This document shows, piece after piece, positions 8,595 through 17,945 of a DNA stretch of 64,000 bases; positions within the stretch are counted from its first letter, which is position 1, and each line of letters opens with the position of its first letter. The DNA comes from an uncultured bacterium (lineage in GTDB: Bacteria; Patescibacteriota; Minisyncoccia; Phycocordibacterales; GWA1-40-21): assembly GCA_903822075.1 (NCBI GenBank), contig CAIJNK010000004.1, positions 12,661 to 76,660 of the forward strand, written 5' to 3'. The notes beneath the pieces were generated by a model that was given only the letters and a program-made list of their open reading frames with translations, made no database searches and was not told the origin of the DNA. Position numbers and translations under genes: made by a program.

Positions 8595-8761
8595 ATTATT
8601 ATTTTTATTTAATCAAAAATCGCCCTTACAAAATTACCATAATTGATAATCTTGTAAGGACGATCTGTATCGTGGTGCCACCTTACTTGCTTCTTAATTT
8701 ACCTTCGAAGACTCCACCTTATCATCGGTTTCAACGTCTATGTCTTGATAATATCACCTCC
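8595..8761 (-). promoter_or_regulatory. T-box riboswitch leader (antiterminator/terminator switch) controlling aspS
   Basis: Minus strand: A1 GTAAGG, 7-nt bulge UGGCACC, A2 ACGAU-acag-AUCGU, A1' CCUUAC, i.e. the canonical AGGUGGNACC T-box antiterminator. An alternative 11 bp terminator (cguccuuacaa/uuguaagggcg) plus U-tract precedes the ATG. Candidate specifier GAC/GAU followed by A in stem I. Confidence 0.75.
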
Positions 8762-9748
8762 TCAATAAATATCAACCCCCACCGCCTTTCTTACCATATC
8801 CATCTTCTTTTCCGCTCGCATAGAAGCCCTTTGGCCGCCAGCTTTCAGGATATCAAAAACGGTGTCCAAATCATGTACCAGCATCTCTCTACGCTCTCTC
8901 ATTGGCCTAATAAAGGCCTCCAAAGCCTCAATTAGCCCTTCCTTGGCCTCTTTATAGCCCAGGCCACCATTTGTGTATTTCAGGGCTAAAATTTGCCTAT
9001 CCGCGTTGTTTAGAAGAAGCCTATGAATATTATAAATATGGTTGGTCTCGGTATCTTTAGGCTCGGCTACGCCCTTGGAATCGGTCGGGATACTCATGAC
9101 CGCCTTCTTGATTTCTTCGTAAGTGGCAAAAAGCGGGATGACGTTGCCATAACTTTTGCTCATTTTTCGGCCATCGGTACCCGGCACGGTTTCCACATTT
9201 TTTAAAATCAGTGGTTCGGGTAATTTAAATATTTCAGAATTAAAAACGTTATTAAATTTCTGGGCGGTGTCGCGGGCATATTCCACGTGTTGTTTTTGAT
9301 CCTGGCCTACGGGCACCACATCCGCATCTTGCAGTAAAATATCCGCCGCCATCAATAGCGGATAATCAAAAATCCCCACATTTATTTCTTTGTTTTTGGC
9401 CTCCGCGTCCTTGTAAGCATGGGCGCGCATCAGATATGGCATGGTGGTAATACAATTGAAAATCCAATTCAGTTCATGCACTTGTGGCAGATCAGACTGT
9501 TTGAAAAGTACTACTTTTTTAGGATCAAGACCGATAGCCAGATAATCCAAAGCCACATCGATTATTCCTTGGGACATTTGCTCTTTATTCTGAACGGTGG
9601 TCACGGCATGATAATCGGCAATAAATACGTAGCTTTCATACTCGTTTTGTAACTCGACAAATTGCTTCATGGCGCCAAAATAATTACCGATATGCACTCG
9701 GCCCGTCGGTTTTACTCCGGATAACAGAATTTTCTTTGAATTTGACAT
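8762..9748 (-). CDS. trpS: tryptophanyl-tRNA synthetase
   Basis: 328 aa class I aaRS; HIGH-like GVKPTGRVHIGNYFGA, KMSKS (KMSKSYGN). Confidence 0.85.
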   Translation of the reverse strand: MSNSKKILLSGVKPTGRVHIGNYFGAMKQFVELQNEYESYVFIADYHAVTTVQNKEQMSQGIIDVALDYLAIGLDPKKVVLFKQSDLPQVHELNWIFNCITTMPYLMRAHAYKDAEAKNKEINVGIFDYPLLMAADILLQDADVVPVGQDQKQHVEYARDTAQKFNNVFNSEIFKLPEPLILKNVETVPGTDGRKMSKSYGNVIPLFATYEEIKKAVMSIPTDSKGVAEPKDTETNHIYNIHRLLLNNADRQILALKYTNGGLGYKEAKEGLIEALEAFIRPMRERREMLVHDLDTVFDILKAGGQRASMRAEKKMDMVRKAVGVDIY

Positions 9749-9766
9749 GGGTTTATAATAGCAGAA

Positions 9767-10570
9767 TTACATTATCAAATCTAGCTCGACGTAAAACTGC
9801 GAACCTTTTCCTTCACCTTCGGATTCGGCCCAAACACGGCCATTTTGATCCTCCATCATTTTCTTGGCGACATACAAGCCCAGTCCGGTGCCATGAATGT
9901 TGGTTTTACCGGCGGCAATGCACCGACTGAATTTTTGAAAAAGCAAAGGCATGGTTTCGGGTCTTATGCCCACCCCACTGTCGCGGACGCAAAAGATCAC
10001 CTTCCGGTCATTTTTTGCCAGACTGATTTCAATCCAACCTTTGTCTGTGTATTTGCAGGCATTATCTACCAGATTCAGCAACACATGTTTGATTTTTGCC
10101 TTGTCTCCATGAATAGTGAGCACTTCCGGCGAAATATGCAATCTTATTTCCAAGCCTTTACCTTCAATGATTTTTTTCATTTCATTGATGGCTTCGTTTG
10201 CGAGGTGCGTCAGGTCAAAATCTTTCCGGTAATACCGCATCTCACCTTGCTCGATACGTGACACGTCCAGAAAATCATTTACTGTTTTCCCCAAATTATC
10301 TGTGGACTTGAGCACTATATTCAGTGGCTCGGCAAAACCCGGTGGCACATCGCCAAAGTCACCTTCGAGCACCAGGGAAATGTAACCCTTAATTGCTCCA
10401 ATCGGCCCCCGTATTTGATGGGCGGCGAAAGAAACAAATTCATTGGCCAGTGTGTTTGATGCCTTAAGACTCTCAATCAGATTATGGGCTTCTGCTAGCG
10501 CTTTTTCCAATTCCTGAATTCGGCTGTCCGTCTGGTGTTCAATATTAGTATGATGCTGTATATTTTCCAT
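9767..10570 (-). CDS. cytoplasmic sensor histidine kinase (HisKA + HATPase_c, no TM segment)
   Basis: H-box FVSFAAHQIRGPIGAIKGY; N, G1 and G2 boxes (…DNACKYT…, DSGVGI, GTGLGLYVAKK); 18 nt upstream of trpS on the same strand. Confidence 0.8.
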   Translation of the reverse strand: MENIQHHTNIEHQTDSRIQELEKALAEAHNLIESLKASNTLANEFVSFAAHQIRGPIGAIKGYISLVLEGDFGDVPPGFAEPLNIVLKSTDNLGKTVNDFLDVSRIEQGEMRYYRKDFDLTHLANEAINEMKKIIEGKGLEIRLHISPEVLTIHGDKAKIKHVLLNLVDNACKYTDKGWIEISLAKNDRKVIFCVRDSGVGIRPETMPLLFQKFSRCIAAGKTNIHGTGLGLYVAKKMMEDQNGRVWAESEGEGKGSQFYVELDLIM

Positions 10571-10603
10571 GTTTAATAATTATTTATAATTTAGTTGTAA
10601 AAT

Positions 10604-10651
10604 CAAAAAAACCAAATTTTAATCTTCGCTCGTGGAAAGATTAAAATTTGG
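10604..10651 (-). terminator. strong rho-independent terminator after the membrane histidine kinase
   Basis: Perfect 15 bp stem ccaaattttaatctt / aagattaaaatttgg; run of about 8 U on the minus strand. Confidence 0.8.
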
Positions 10652-10667
10652 TTCTCCAGAATATAAT

Positions 10668-12383
10668 CTATTCTGTTAATTTTAACTCCACATAGAACTG
10701 AGAGCCTTTACCCTCGCCATCGGATTCGGTCCAGATTCGGCCATCGTTTGCTTCCACCATTTTCTTGGCCAAATAGAGACCCAAACCAGTTCCTAAAATA
10801 TTTGTTTCGTTGGCATTCTTAGCTCGAGAGAAGCGTTGGAAGAGTGAAGCAATAGTTTTGGCCGACATACCCACGCCGCTATCTTTGACCGCAAAAATGA
10901 CTTTATTATCTTTTTTCTCCACTGACACCTGCAGCCAGCCTTGCTTGGTATATTTGACGGAATTATCCACCAGATTATTGAAGACTTGCTTGAGCTTGGT
11001 TCGATCGGCATTTATCAGACAGGGGTCGGTTGTAATATTCACTCTGAATTCCAAACCTTTAGCCTCGACGCTCGGTCTGAATTCTTTGACTGTCTCTTCT
11101 ACCAACTCTCGTAAATCAAACTTTGTCAGGTCATATTTCATCTGTCCCAAGTCAATGCGGGAAACATCCAGAAAGTCCGTCACCATGTGGCTGAGGGAAT
11201 CAGTAGACTTAAAAATGGTACTGAGGGGCTCATTAAACTCTTTTGGTACCGTTCCGTAATCCCCTTCAATCATGAGTGATAAGTAACCTTTGATGGCCGC
11301 TAACGGTCCGCGAATCTGGTGCGTGGCCAAGGAGACGAATTCTGATTTCATCAAATCCACTTCCTTCAACTTTTCATTTGTTCCCTCCAGCCGTTCATTG
11401 AACCTTTCCAGTTTCTTGTTTGAATCTTCCAAATTTTGCGCCAATTTCTCAATATGTTCCTTTTGCGCAATTTCGTTTTTGACACCTCGGACAATCATCA
11501 AACCCATAATGGCGGAGAACACCAAAGTGATAGCTGTCAGCACTTTATTGGTATTGCTTTGGATGAAGAAAAATTCCGATCCGATCAAAATCACCTGGGC
11601 CCAAATCAAAGCCTGAGCCCCCAAAAGCTTAATATCAAAAGCTTTGAATTTAACAATGAGAAAAGCTAGAAAAGCCATAAATATGACCATACCAATCTGG
11701 CCATAAATTAAAAATTGCCAGTTACCTAGATCGCTTGCTAAATATCCAGCAGAAAAAAAAGAAAACGCAAATAATGATACGCCTATGGTGGCTAAGAAAG
11801 ATTGTCTTCTTATCTCTCCTTTACTTATTTTTTTATATTTAAAAATAAAATAACCAATTATAAATATAAAGGATAATATACCTACATAGTAATAATAATT
11901 TGTAAAAAGTGAACCCTCGGTTCCTTCACAGTTGGTAATGTCAAAATTTCTCAGGTTGTATATCGTAGGAGTAAAAAATATTACTGGTAATATTGGAACT
12001 ACAAGAAGTCCTTTTTTAAAGGAAGACAGATCTTTTTTATTAATAAATACATAAATGAAATAGATAATAAGTACAGAAATTAGGGAGCTTAGTAGGCCCA
12101 ACAGAGCCCATGAAAACATAGTGATACGGCTGTCAGTACTTATCCATGTTGCTAAGTCACTAATTGACCACAGAGAAAAACAAACAGATATCCAGAAAAG
12201 AATCTTTGGCAATAATTCGCTTTTATTTTTTATATAAACAAATATACCAATAAAAATAGCTGCAACTGATATTGGTATGTGAGAGTATAAGACCAAACTT
12301 ACAGGTATTGATTGTTGGAGAAAATCAGAACATGTTTTTATGTGTGTAATAAAGTTAAAATCCATACTTTTATATATTAACAA
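10668..12383 (-). CDS. membrane sensor histidine kinase (about 8 TM N-terminal domain, coiled coil, HisKA-HATPase_c); paralog of 9767-10570
   Basis: H-box FVSLATHQIRGPLAAIKGY and an ATPase core nearly collinear with the upstream kinase; hydrophobic N-terminal half. Confidence 0.8.
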   Translation of the reverse strand: MLIYKSMDFNFITHIKTCSDFLQQSIPVSLVLYSHIPISVAAIFIGIFVYIKNKSELLPKILFWISVCFSLWSISDLATWISTDSRITMFSWALLGLLSSLISVLIIYFIYVFINKKDLSSFKKGLLVVPILPVIFFTPTIYNLRNFDITNCEGTEGSLFTNYYYYVGILSFIFIIGYFIFKYKKISKGEIRRQSFLATIGVSLFAFSFFSAGYLASDLGNWQFLIYGQIGMVIFMAFLAFLIVKFKAFDIKLLGAQALIWAQVILIGSEFFFIQSNTNKVLTAITLVFSAIMGLMIVRGVKNEIAQKEHIEKLAQNLEDSNKKLERFNERLEGTNEKLKEVDLMKSEFVSLATHQIRGPLAAIKGYLSLMIEGDYGTVPKEFNEPLSTIFKSTDSLSHMVTDFLDVSRIDLGQMKYDLTKFDLRELVEETVKEFRPSVEAKGLEFRVNITTDPCLINADRTKLKQVFNNLVDNSVKYTKQGWLQVSVEKKDNKVIFAVKDSGVGMSAKTIASLFQRFSRAKNANETNILGTGLGLYLAKKMVEANDGRIWTESDGEGKGSQFYVELKLTE

Positions 12384-13150
12384 TTAATATCCTTTTTGTC
12401 ATGTACATAGTCTTTTATTTTTTTATGATAATAGCACCAAAATGAGTCTTCTTCTGATTCCTTTGGTAAAAGTCTAACAATTAGAGGTTTAATTCCAAAC
12501 TTTTCTTTTAGAAATGACATGGCGGGTACTATTATATCTAAAGTTATTTTTTCCTCCTCCTCATTTGCAAGAAAATTCTCAAATAATATGCCATTTCGTA
12601 AAAATAGAGATAGAAATCTGGGATAGTATAGATTTGGAGTTTTACCGTTTCTTTTAACCCAACTTGAAATATCCTTGATATTAAATTTAATCTGTGGAAA
12701 CTCCTCGCAAAGAATGTCATGATGTAAATCAACAAGTTTTCTGCCGGCAACGGTTTCAACATCTTTGATTGTCTTTCTGTCATTTTTGTTGAAATCAATT
12801 ACTTTTTTTGGAACACAAATCTTCCCTCCGTTTTTATCTGTACCGGTATGAAAAAACATCTTGCCCAAATGATGTTTTAGACTGTTAATTGAAATATACT
12901 TATCCTCCAAATATTCTGATAGAATAAACTCCAGGCCTACATCATTTGCTCGATCCTCAAATCTCAATAGTTCAAAATTTAAACTAGAAATATGACGTGC
13001 TAAATAAGCCTTCGGGCTATCTTGTAAGAAATCCGGTATATCCCCTCCTAAAAATTCTTCAACCCTCTTTTGTAATCCTTTATCTTCCCATCGCTTCTTG
13101 ATTTCATCTTTTGCCTCCTCAAGCGGCGTGTATATGTCATCTAAATTCAT
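12377..13150 (-). CDS. hypothetical protein (257 aa)
   Basis: Long ORF with coding-like composition; no recognisable motif. Confidence 0.4.
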   Translation of the reverse strand: MNLDDIYTPLEEAKDEIKKRWEDKGLQKRVEEFLGGDIPDFLQDSPKAYLARHISSLNFELLRFEDRANDVGLEFILSEYLEDKYISINSLKHHLGKMFFHTGTDKNGGKICVPKKVIDFNKNDRKTIKDVETVAGRKLVDLHHDILCEEFPQIKFNIKDISSWVKRNGKTPNLYYPRFLSLFLRNGILFENFLANEEEEKITLDIIVPAMSFLKEKFGIKPLIVRLLPKESEEDSFWCYYHKKIKDYVHDKKDINC

Positions 13151-13187
13151 GAAGGATATTATATATCTTTTTATGTTATTAGCAAAG

Positions 13188-13799
13188 CTAAATTGATCCC
13201 CACACAGCTTTTATGGCAATAATGACAAACTGCATTAGGACCGCCCAACCCAAGCAGCCTAGAATTGTACTGGTGACAAAAATAATGTAATCGCGCCTGT
13301 CCAGCTTATCAAATCGGCCATGGCGAAGGAAAATGGTGGTGATGAAGGAATCCTGCCAGAGTGATAAGGTTACGAAGGCAAAAACATCATTCTTGTTTAG
13401 TAGCCAAATCATGAACTGAAGCATCTTGGCTGGTATATAGAGGCTGAATCTTTTTATCAAGTTCTGGTGATTACTGACTTCATGGACCCACAGGTGACCT
13501 TTAGCTTTGATATTCTCCACTTCGTTCACCCCAAACCAATCGACTTTTTTATGCTGATACCAGAGCAGTATGATGAAATTATTAATAAGCGCCACAACAA
13601 TCAGAGCCAACACTCCCACAAAGCCAAACAAACCCTGAACTATTGGCCAGATAATAAATTCCCAAATTGAATTGTAGGCTTCCAGTATCCCCCACCCGGA
13701 CATTACCTGCACTGTTCGGCGCCAATTCTTGGAGATTAGAAAAATAATGATCCCCAATACGACTATCCCTCCGATTATCCATAGTATTTCGTTTGGCAT
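13188..13799 (-). CDS. hypothetical integral membrane protein (203 aa)
   Basis: Several hydrophobic helices; no recognisable family. Confidence 0.4.
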   Translation of the reverse strand: MPNEILWIIGGIVVLGIIIFLISKNWRRTVQVMSGWGILEAYNSIWEFIIWPIVQGLFGFVGVLALIVVALINNFIILLWYQHKKVDWFGVNEVENIKAKGHLWVHEVSNHQNLIKRFSLYIPAKMLQFMIWLLNKNDVFAFVTLSLWQDSFITTIFLRHGRFDKLDRRDYIIFVTSTILGCLGWAVLMQFVIIAIKAVWGSI

Positions 13800-13860
13800 T
13801 TAGTTATCTAGTATACTCTTTTTACACATCCTGGACAAATTAATCTAATGATACTTAAAG

Positions 13861-14547
13861 TTAATTATTATTGAGTATAAACTGACAGTATTCGTTAACA
13901 TTGTTAAAAATTCTTTCTGCCCCAGCTTCGGTAAGTATACTTCCCCATCCCTCATCACTTTTTGGTGGGAGAATGCCAAAAGTATTTAATTTAAAATCTT
14001 TTTTGATGGCCTCTAATATTTTTAACGGGGATGGCCGGTCATCGCAAAAAAATATACGGTCCGGATTAAAAATGTTTCTGACTTTTGTCATGCCATCAAA
14101 TTTATCACTGCAGTCATTCATACCTAAAATCAATTTAAAGTAATCTGCGGCGTTGTTCCGCTTAAGATTATAGAGAATCTCTTCTTTTGGTGCCCCGCTT
14201 ATTATAACCAGATCATATATACGAGAAAGCTCTTTGAGTAACTTATTGTCAGCAAGCCATATTTCATCATTAATATAGCCGGTAAAATCCCTTTCTCTCC
14301 CCAAATATAAATCTTGAAAATATTCCTTTACTGCTGAAAAGTTTATTTTTATTCCACGATATTTTAAAATATTAAAAGTCCTTTCCCAGTCGTCATTACT
14401 TTCCTTCATAGATTCTATCATCTCTTTTCCTGTGGCTTCTTTCCCGCCGTCAAAAAAGGCTACAGTCTCAATAATACATCTTGAATAAGAGACTGATTCG
14501 TCTCTAAGCACCCCGTCATTATCAAACGCAATAACAGTCCTAGACAT
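13861..14547 (-). CDS. HAD-superfamily phosphatase (candidate histidinol-phosphatase partner of hisD)
   Basis: Motif I AFDNDGVL (DxDG[TV]), motif IV FFCDDRPSP; start moved to M20 (MSRTV) to avoid the 56 nt overlap with hisD; ends 1 nt after the hisD stop. Confidence 0.6.
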   Translation of the reverse strand: MSRTVIAFDNDGVLRDESVSYSRCIIETVAFFDGGKEATGKEMIESMKESNDDWERTFNILKYRGIKINFSAVKEYFQDLYLGRERDFTGYINDEIWLADNKLLKELSRIYDLVIISGAPKEEILYNLKRNNAADYFKLILGMNDCSDKFDGMTKVRNIFNPDRIFFCDDRPSPLKILEAIKKDFKLNTFGILPPKSDEGWGSILTEAGAERIFNNVNEYCQFILNNN

Positions 14548-14548
14548 T

Positions 14549-15802
14549 TTATTGCTCATTCCTTCTAATATCAGCGGCATTTTTATGTCCAAATAGACCT
14601 TCAACTTCCGCTAGTATTGAGGCTATCTTAATAAGGTCTTTTGAGGCTTCTTTTGTAATTTTTTGATAGGTTAATACCTTTACGTATTCTTTGACCGATA
14701 GTCCGCCAGTATATCTGGCACAGCCATTAGTTGGCAGGGTGTGGTTTGGACCTGAACAATAATCTCCAAATACCTCCGCTGAGTATTCGCCAATAAATAA
14801 GGATCCGTAATTCTTTAACTTTGGTATAATTGTATCAGGATTTTTTATCTGAAGCTCTAAATGTTCCGGAGCTCTTTTGTTTGCAATTTCAATTGCCTCG
14901 TTGATGTTATCAGCCAGAATAATTGCACCATTTTTATCGATTGATTTTTTAGCAATATCTCTAGTCTTAAGGGCTAAGAGTTGTTTTTCTATACTCACAG
15001 AAATCTTCTCAGCTAATTCCTTGCTAAAGGTTATTACTTCTGCTCTCGAGCTTGGGTCATGCTCAGCTTGAGCTAATAAATCAGCGGCAATAAAATCTGG
15101 ATTCCCAGAATCATCAGCAATAATTAAAACTTCGCTTGGACCAGCAATAAAATCGATTCCCACAATACCATATACTTCCTTCTTGGCGGCTGCGACATAT
15201 TGATTTCCCGGACCAACTATTTTGTCTACCTTTGGAATAGACTCGGTTCCATATGCCATTGCGCCAATTGCCTGAACCCCTCCAACATTAAATATTTTAT
15301 CGGCTCCGGCGACATCGGCAGCAACAATCGTTACGGGGCATATTTTAGGTGAGCAGACAATAACCTCACTTACGCCGGCAACTTTAGCGGGAATTACTGT
15401 CATCAACGCTGTCGATGGAAGAGGATATCTTCCTCCAGGCACATAACAACCAATTTTTTCAATCGGTACTATTCTCTGGCCACAGATTACACCGGCATTA
15501 TTAATTTCAAAATCCTCTAAGCTTTTTAATTGATTTTTGGCAAAATTCCTTATATTTTTAGCGGCAAACTTTAAGGCGCTAACAGTTTTCTTATCTATCT
15601 GAGAATACGCCTTATTTATCTGATCTTTTGTCAGTTGAAAATTAGTAATTTCAAAATTATCAAATTTTTTCGTATATTCCTTTACGGCAATATCTTTTCT
15701 CTTTCTGATGTCATCAAGTATCTTTTTTACAGATTCAACATCTTTGACGACAGCGGATTCAAAGAATTCTGAATTTAAGTCTTTGGAATTTACAATTTTC
15801 AT
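14549..15802 (-). CDS. hisD: histidinol dehydrogenase
   Basis: 417 aa; HisD blocks [34 protein letters not shown], and [30 protein letters not shown]. Confidence 0.85.
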   Translation of the reverse strand: MKIVNSKDLNSEFFESAVVKDVESVKKILDDIRKRKDIAVKEYTKKFDNFEITNFQLTKDQINKAYSQIDKKTVSALKFAAKNIRNFAKNQLKSLEDFEINNAGVICGQRIVPIEKIGCYVPGGRYPLPSTALMTVIPAKVAGVSEVIVCSPKICPVTIVAADVAGADKIFNVGGVQAIGAMAYGTESIPKVDKIVGPGNQYVAAAKKEVYGIVGIDFIAGPSEVLIIADDSGNPDFIAADLLAQAEHDPSSRAEVITFSKELAEKISVSIEKQLLALKTRDIAKKSIDKNGAIILADNINEAIEIANKRAPEHLELQIKNPDTIIPKLKNYGSLFIGEYSAEVFGDYCSGPNHTLPTNGCARYTGGLSVKEYVKVLTYQKITKEASKDLIKIASILAEVEGLFGHKNAADIRRNEQ

Positions 15803-15842
15803 ATACTTTATAATATGTATTATATGCTATCTATATTTTTTA

Positions 15843-15877
15843 ACAAATAAAATGGGATGGATCCTTCGATCCACCCC
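15843..15877 (-). terminator. terminator-like hairpin after the PRT-like gene
   Basis: gggatggatc-cttc-gatccacccc; U-rich tract on the minus strand. Confidence 0.4.
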
Positions 15878-15904
15878 ATGCTCTAACACTCTACAACGAC
15901 ACAA

Positions 15905-16936
15905 TCAATCCACCTCATTCAGTCGTGCATAATCATTATTCAACAGATCGATGACCCGATCGCCGAGACTGTAGAACTCGACGAGTTTCCGGCCATATGC
16001 CACCGGGACCGAGGTTATAGGCCTCGTGTCGATGAGATCCCCAACACAAACTGGCCTGCTGTTAAGCTCCTCCATTCTCTGAAAGATCTTAATCGTAGAC
16101 ATTATGCAATACTGGCTGAGCCACAAAAGCTCATCCTGCGACATTGGCAGACCCGCCCACTCCTTCAATTTGCCGTAAGGCAGAATGTAGGGTTTTGACA
16201 AGGTCGACCGATCGAAGAGATGAACCGGAATCAAGGACTCTCCCACCTTCACCCCAATTACCCTGCCGGCATTTGGAACGAAGGGAAAGAAATCATGGCT
16301 CGGCATCCAATCAACAGGTTTCTCGAAATGATAATGCCAGACCAGTTCCCCTGTAAAAGTCTTGGCCAATCTTTCTTTGGCGTCAGGGAAAAGTATTCCC
16401 ATAACGATAGCCGCCACGTTTACCTTCCGCTTTGACAGTTGATCGATCATAAAGCAGAGGGTACTTCCGGTGAATGCACCATCCTCAAGGATGATTACTC
16501 TCTTACCGGCGAGCTCGCGGGAGACCAGTTCGATCTGACTTTCCACCGAACCAGAACCGGCCCTTGACCCGACAGAGATGATGTTTCCCTCAAAGTCGAT
16601 CAGCCTTGAAAGACCAATGCAGGTACCACCCGCCTCGTATGAGATCATCGGTGTGGTGGTGATAATCGTTGCATCCGGCATTCGGACTTTAATTTCCTTT
16701 GCCGCTGACACAATTCCATCACAAAAATCACCAAACTGAATGATCTCAACAACGGATTTAGACCCAGCAAAGGTCTTTTTGATCTTCTGTATGAGTCCGC
16801 CTTCAACTTCGTCAATTTCTGCGCGGTCCGGTATCTTGAGTCCGACCCTCTTGAATGAGCACAAATGATCATAAAGAGTCAGCGTCAAGATGTACTGCGA
16901 GAAACCGTTACTGCCTACTACTATTTTACCCTTCAT
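15905..16936 (-). CDS. phosphoribosyltransferase (type I PRT fold)-like protein, function unknown
   Basis: PRPP-binding-type motif VIILEDGAFTGSTL; GC clearly above the window average. Confidence 0.45.
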   Translation of the reverse strand: MKGKIVVGSNGFSQYILTLTLYDHLCSFKRVGLKIPDRAEIDEVEGGLIQKIKKTFAGSKSVVEIIQFGDFCDGIVSAAKEIKVRMPDATIITTTPMISYEAGGTCIGLSRLIDFEGNIISVGSRAGSGSVESQIELVSRELAGKRVIILEDGAFTGSTLCFMIDQLSKRKVNVAAIVMGILFPDAKERLAKTFTGELVWHYHFEKPVDWMPSHDFFPFVPNAGRVIGVKVGESLIPVHLFDRSTLSKPYILPYGKLKEWAGLPMSQDELLWLSQYCIMSTIKIFQRMEELNSRPVCVGDLIDTRPITSVPVAYGRKLVEFYSLGDRVIDLLNNDYARLNEVD

Positions 16937-17036
16937 CTTCCTACCCCGTCCTCTCTGTTATTTTGTATGTACCACTAGTCTGGTAACTATGATATGAATA
17001 TACAGCCACGTGTCAAGTTGACATAGTATATATTAT

Positions 17037-17070
17037 ATAAAATAAAATACCCCCGCATGGCAATCGCGGG
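17037..17070 (-). terminator. terminator-like GC hairpin plus U-rich tract after the HAD gene
   Basis: cccgc-atggcaatc-gcggg; minus strand then reads uauuuuauuuuau. Confidence 0.35.
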
Positions 17071-17083
17071 AGTATTCCTTAGG

Positions 17084-17884
17084 TCAGTTTGATTTTATCC
17101 ACTCCAGACAATCTAGCAATCCTTCGGTGTAAGTTCTACCGGAGATGTATGTTGATCTGTCTTTCAAGGCCTGTGAACCGTTACCGACAGAGCACATAAT
17201 TACTTGAGCATCTCTAATTATATCGGAATCGCCATCTCCAACCATAAAGAACTTCGTATCCGTCGGGTACAATCCTTTCAGATATTGAAAACCCGATGTC
17301 TTATCGGCATTTGCCGCACCCATGATGACTATGCCATAGGATTCGTTATAATCCTTAGCCTCCAACCCTTTTGGGATCGGTATGGTTTCTACGAGGGTTT
17401 TACCCTCCGTAAACCAGGCGTTATCAATCCTAGGTATACCACTCGCATCCGTAGTTCTCAGATAGAAACCGACGGATTGCTTTCTAAGAGCATCAATAAT
17501 CAACATCCTCCGATTTGGAGAAAAGACTTTTTTCTCCCTTATCCATGTGGCGGAATCGCCAATGACAACATCGCAATCAACTGTTGTAAAGACTTTCTTC
17601 AACCCAAGGATGAAATCATCAATATCGGTAACATTCGCAATAGGATAACTGATGCCATTAAACTTCACGAAGGCACCCTTTTCCGCAATAATTGCCCTGG
17701 GCTTAAAACCGAATGTTCCAAAATTGATTCTCTCAAGTCTCTCGACCGGAGTATCTGAGTTGGGAACGATCTCCACTTGAGTGCCTGAGTTTCGAAGAAA
17801 TGCGGCCATGGCCGATAAATCCGTGGTGATCTGATATTCCTTATCCAACAGAACCCCATCCACATCAATCATGATAACTTTCAT
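17084..17884 (-). CDS. HAD-superfamily hydrolase (Cof/sucrose-phosphatase-like IIB type)
   Basis: Motif I MIDVDGVLL, motif IV MVGDGDSDI; start set at MKVIMID (M17). Confidence 0.6.
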   Translation of the reverse strand: MKVIMIDVDGVLLDKEYQITTDLSAMAAFLRNSGTQVEIVPNSDTPVERLERINFGTFGFKPRAIIAEKGAFVKFNGISYPIANVTDIDDFILGLKKVFTTVDCDVVIGDSATWIREKKVFSPNRRMLIIDALRKQSVGFYLRTTDASGIPRIDNAWFTEGKTLVETIPIPKGLEAKDYNESYGIVIMGAANADKTSGFQYLKGLYPTDTKFFMVGDGDSDIIRDAQVIMCSVGNGSQALKDRSTYISGRTYTEGLLDCLEWIKSN

Positions 17885-17945
17885 TGTATTTCCATATTTG
17901 TTGTGTGCTAATTTCTCTACGCAAACTAACACACTTTATTAGCAT

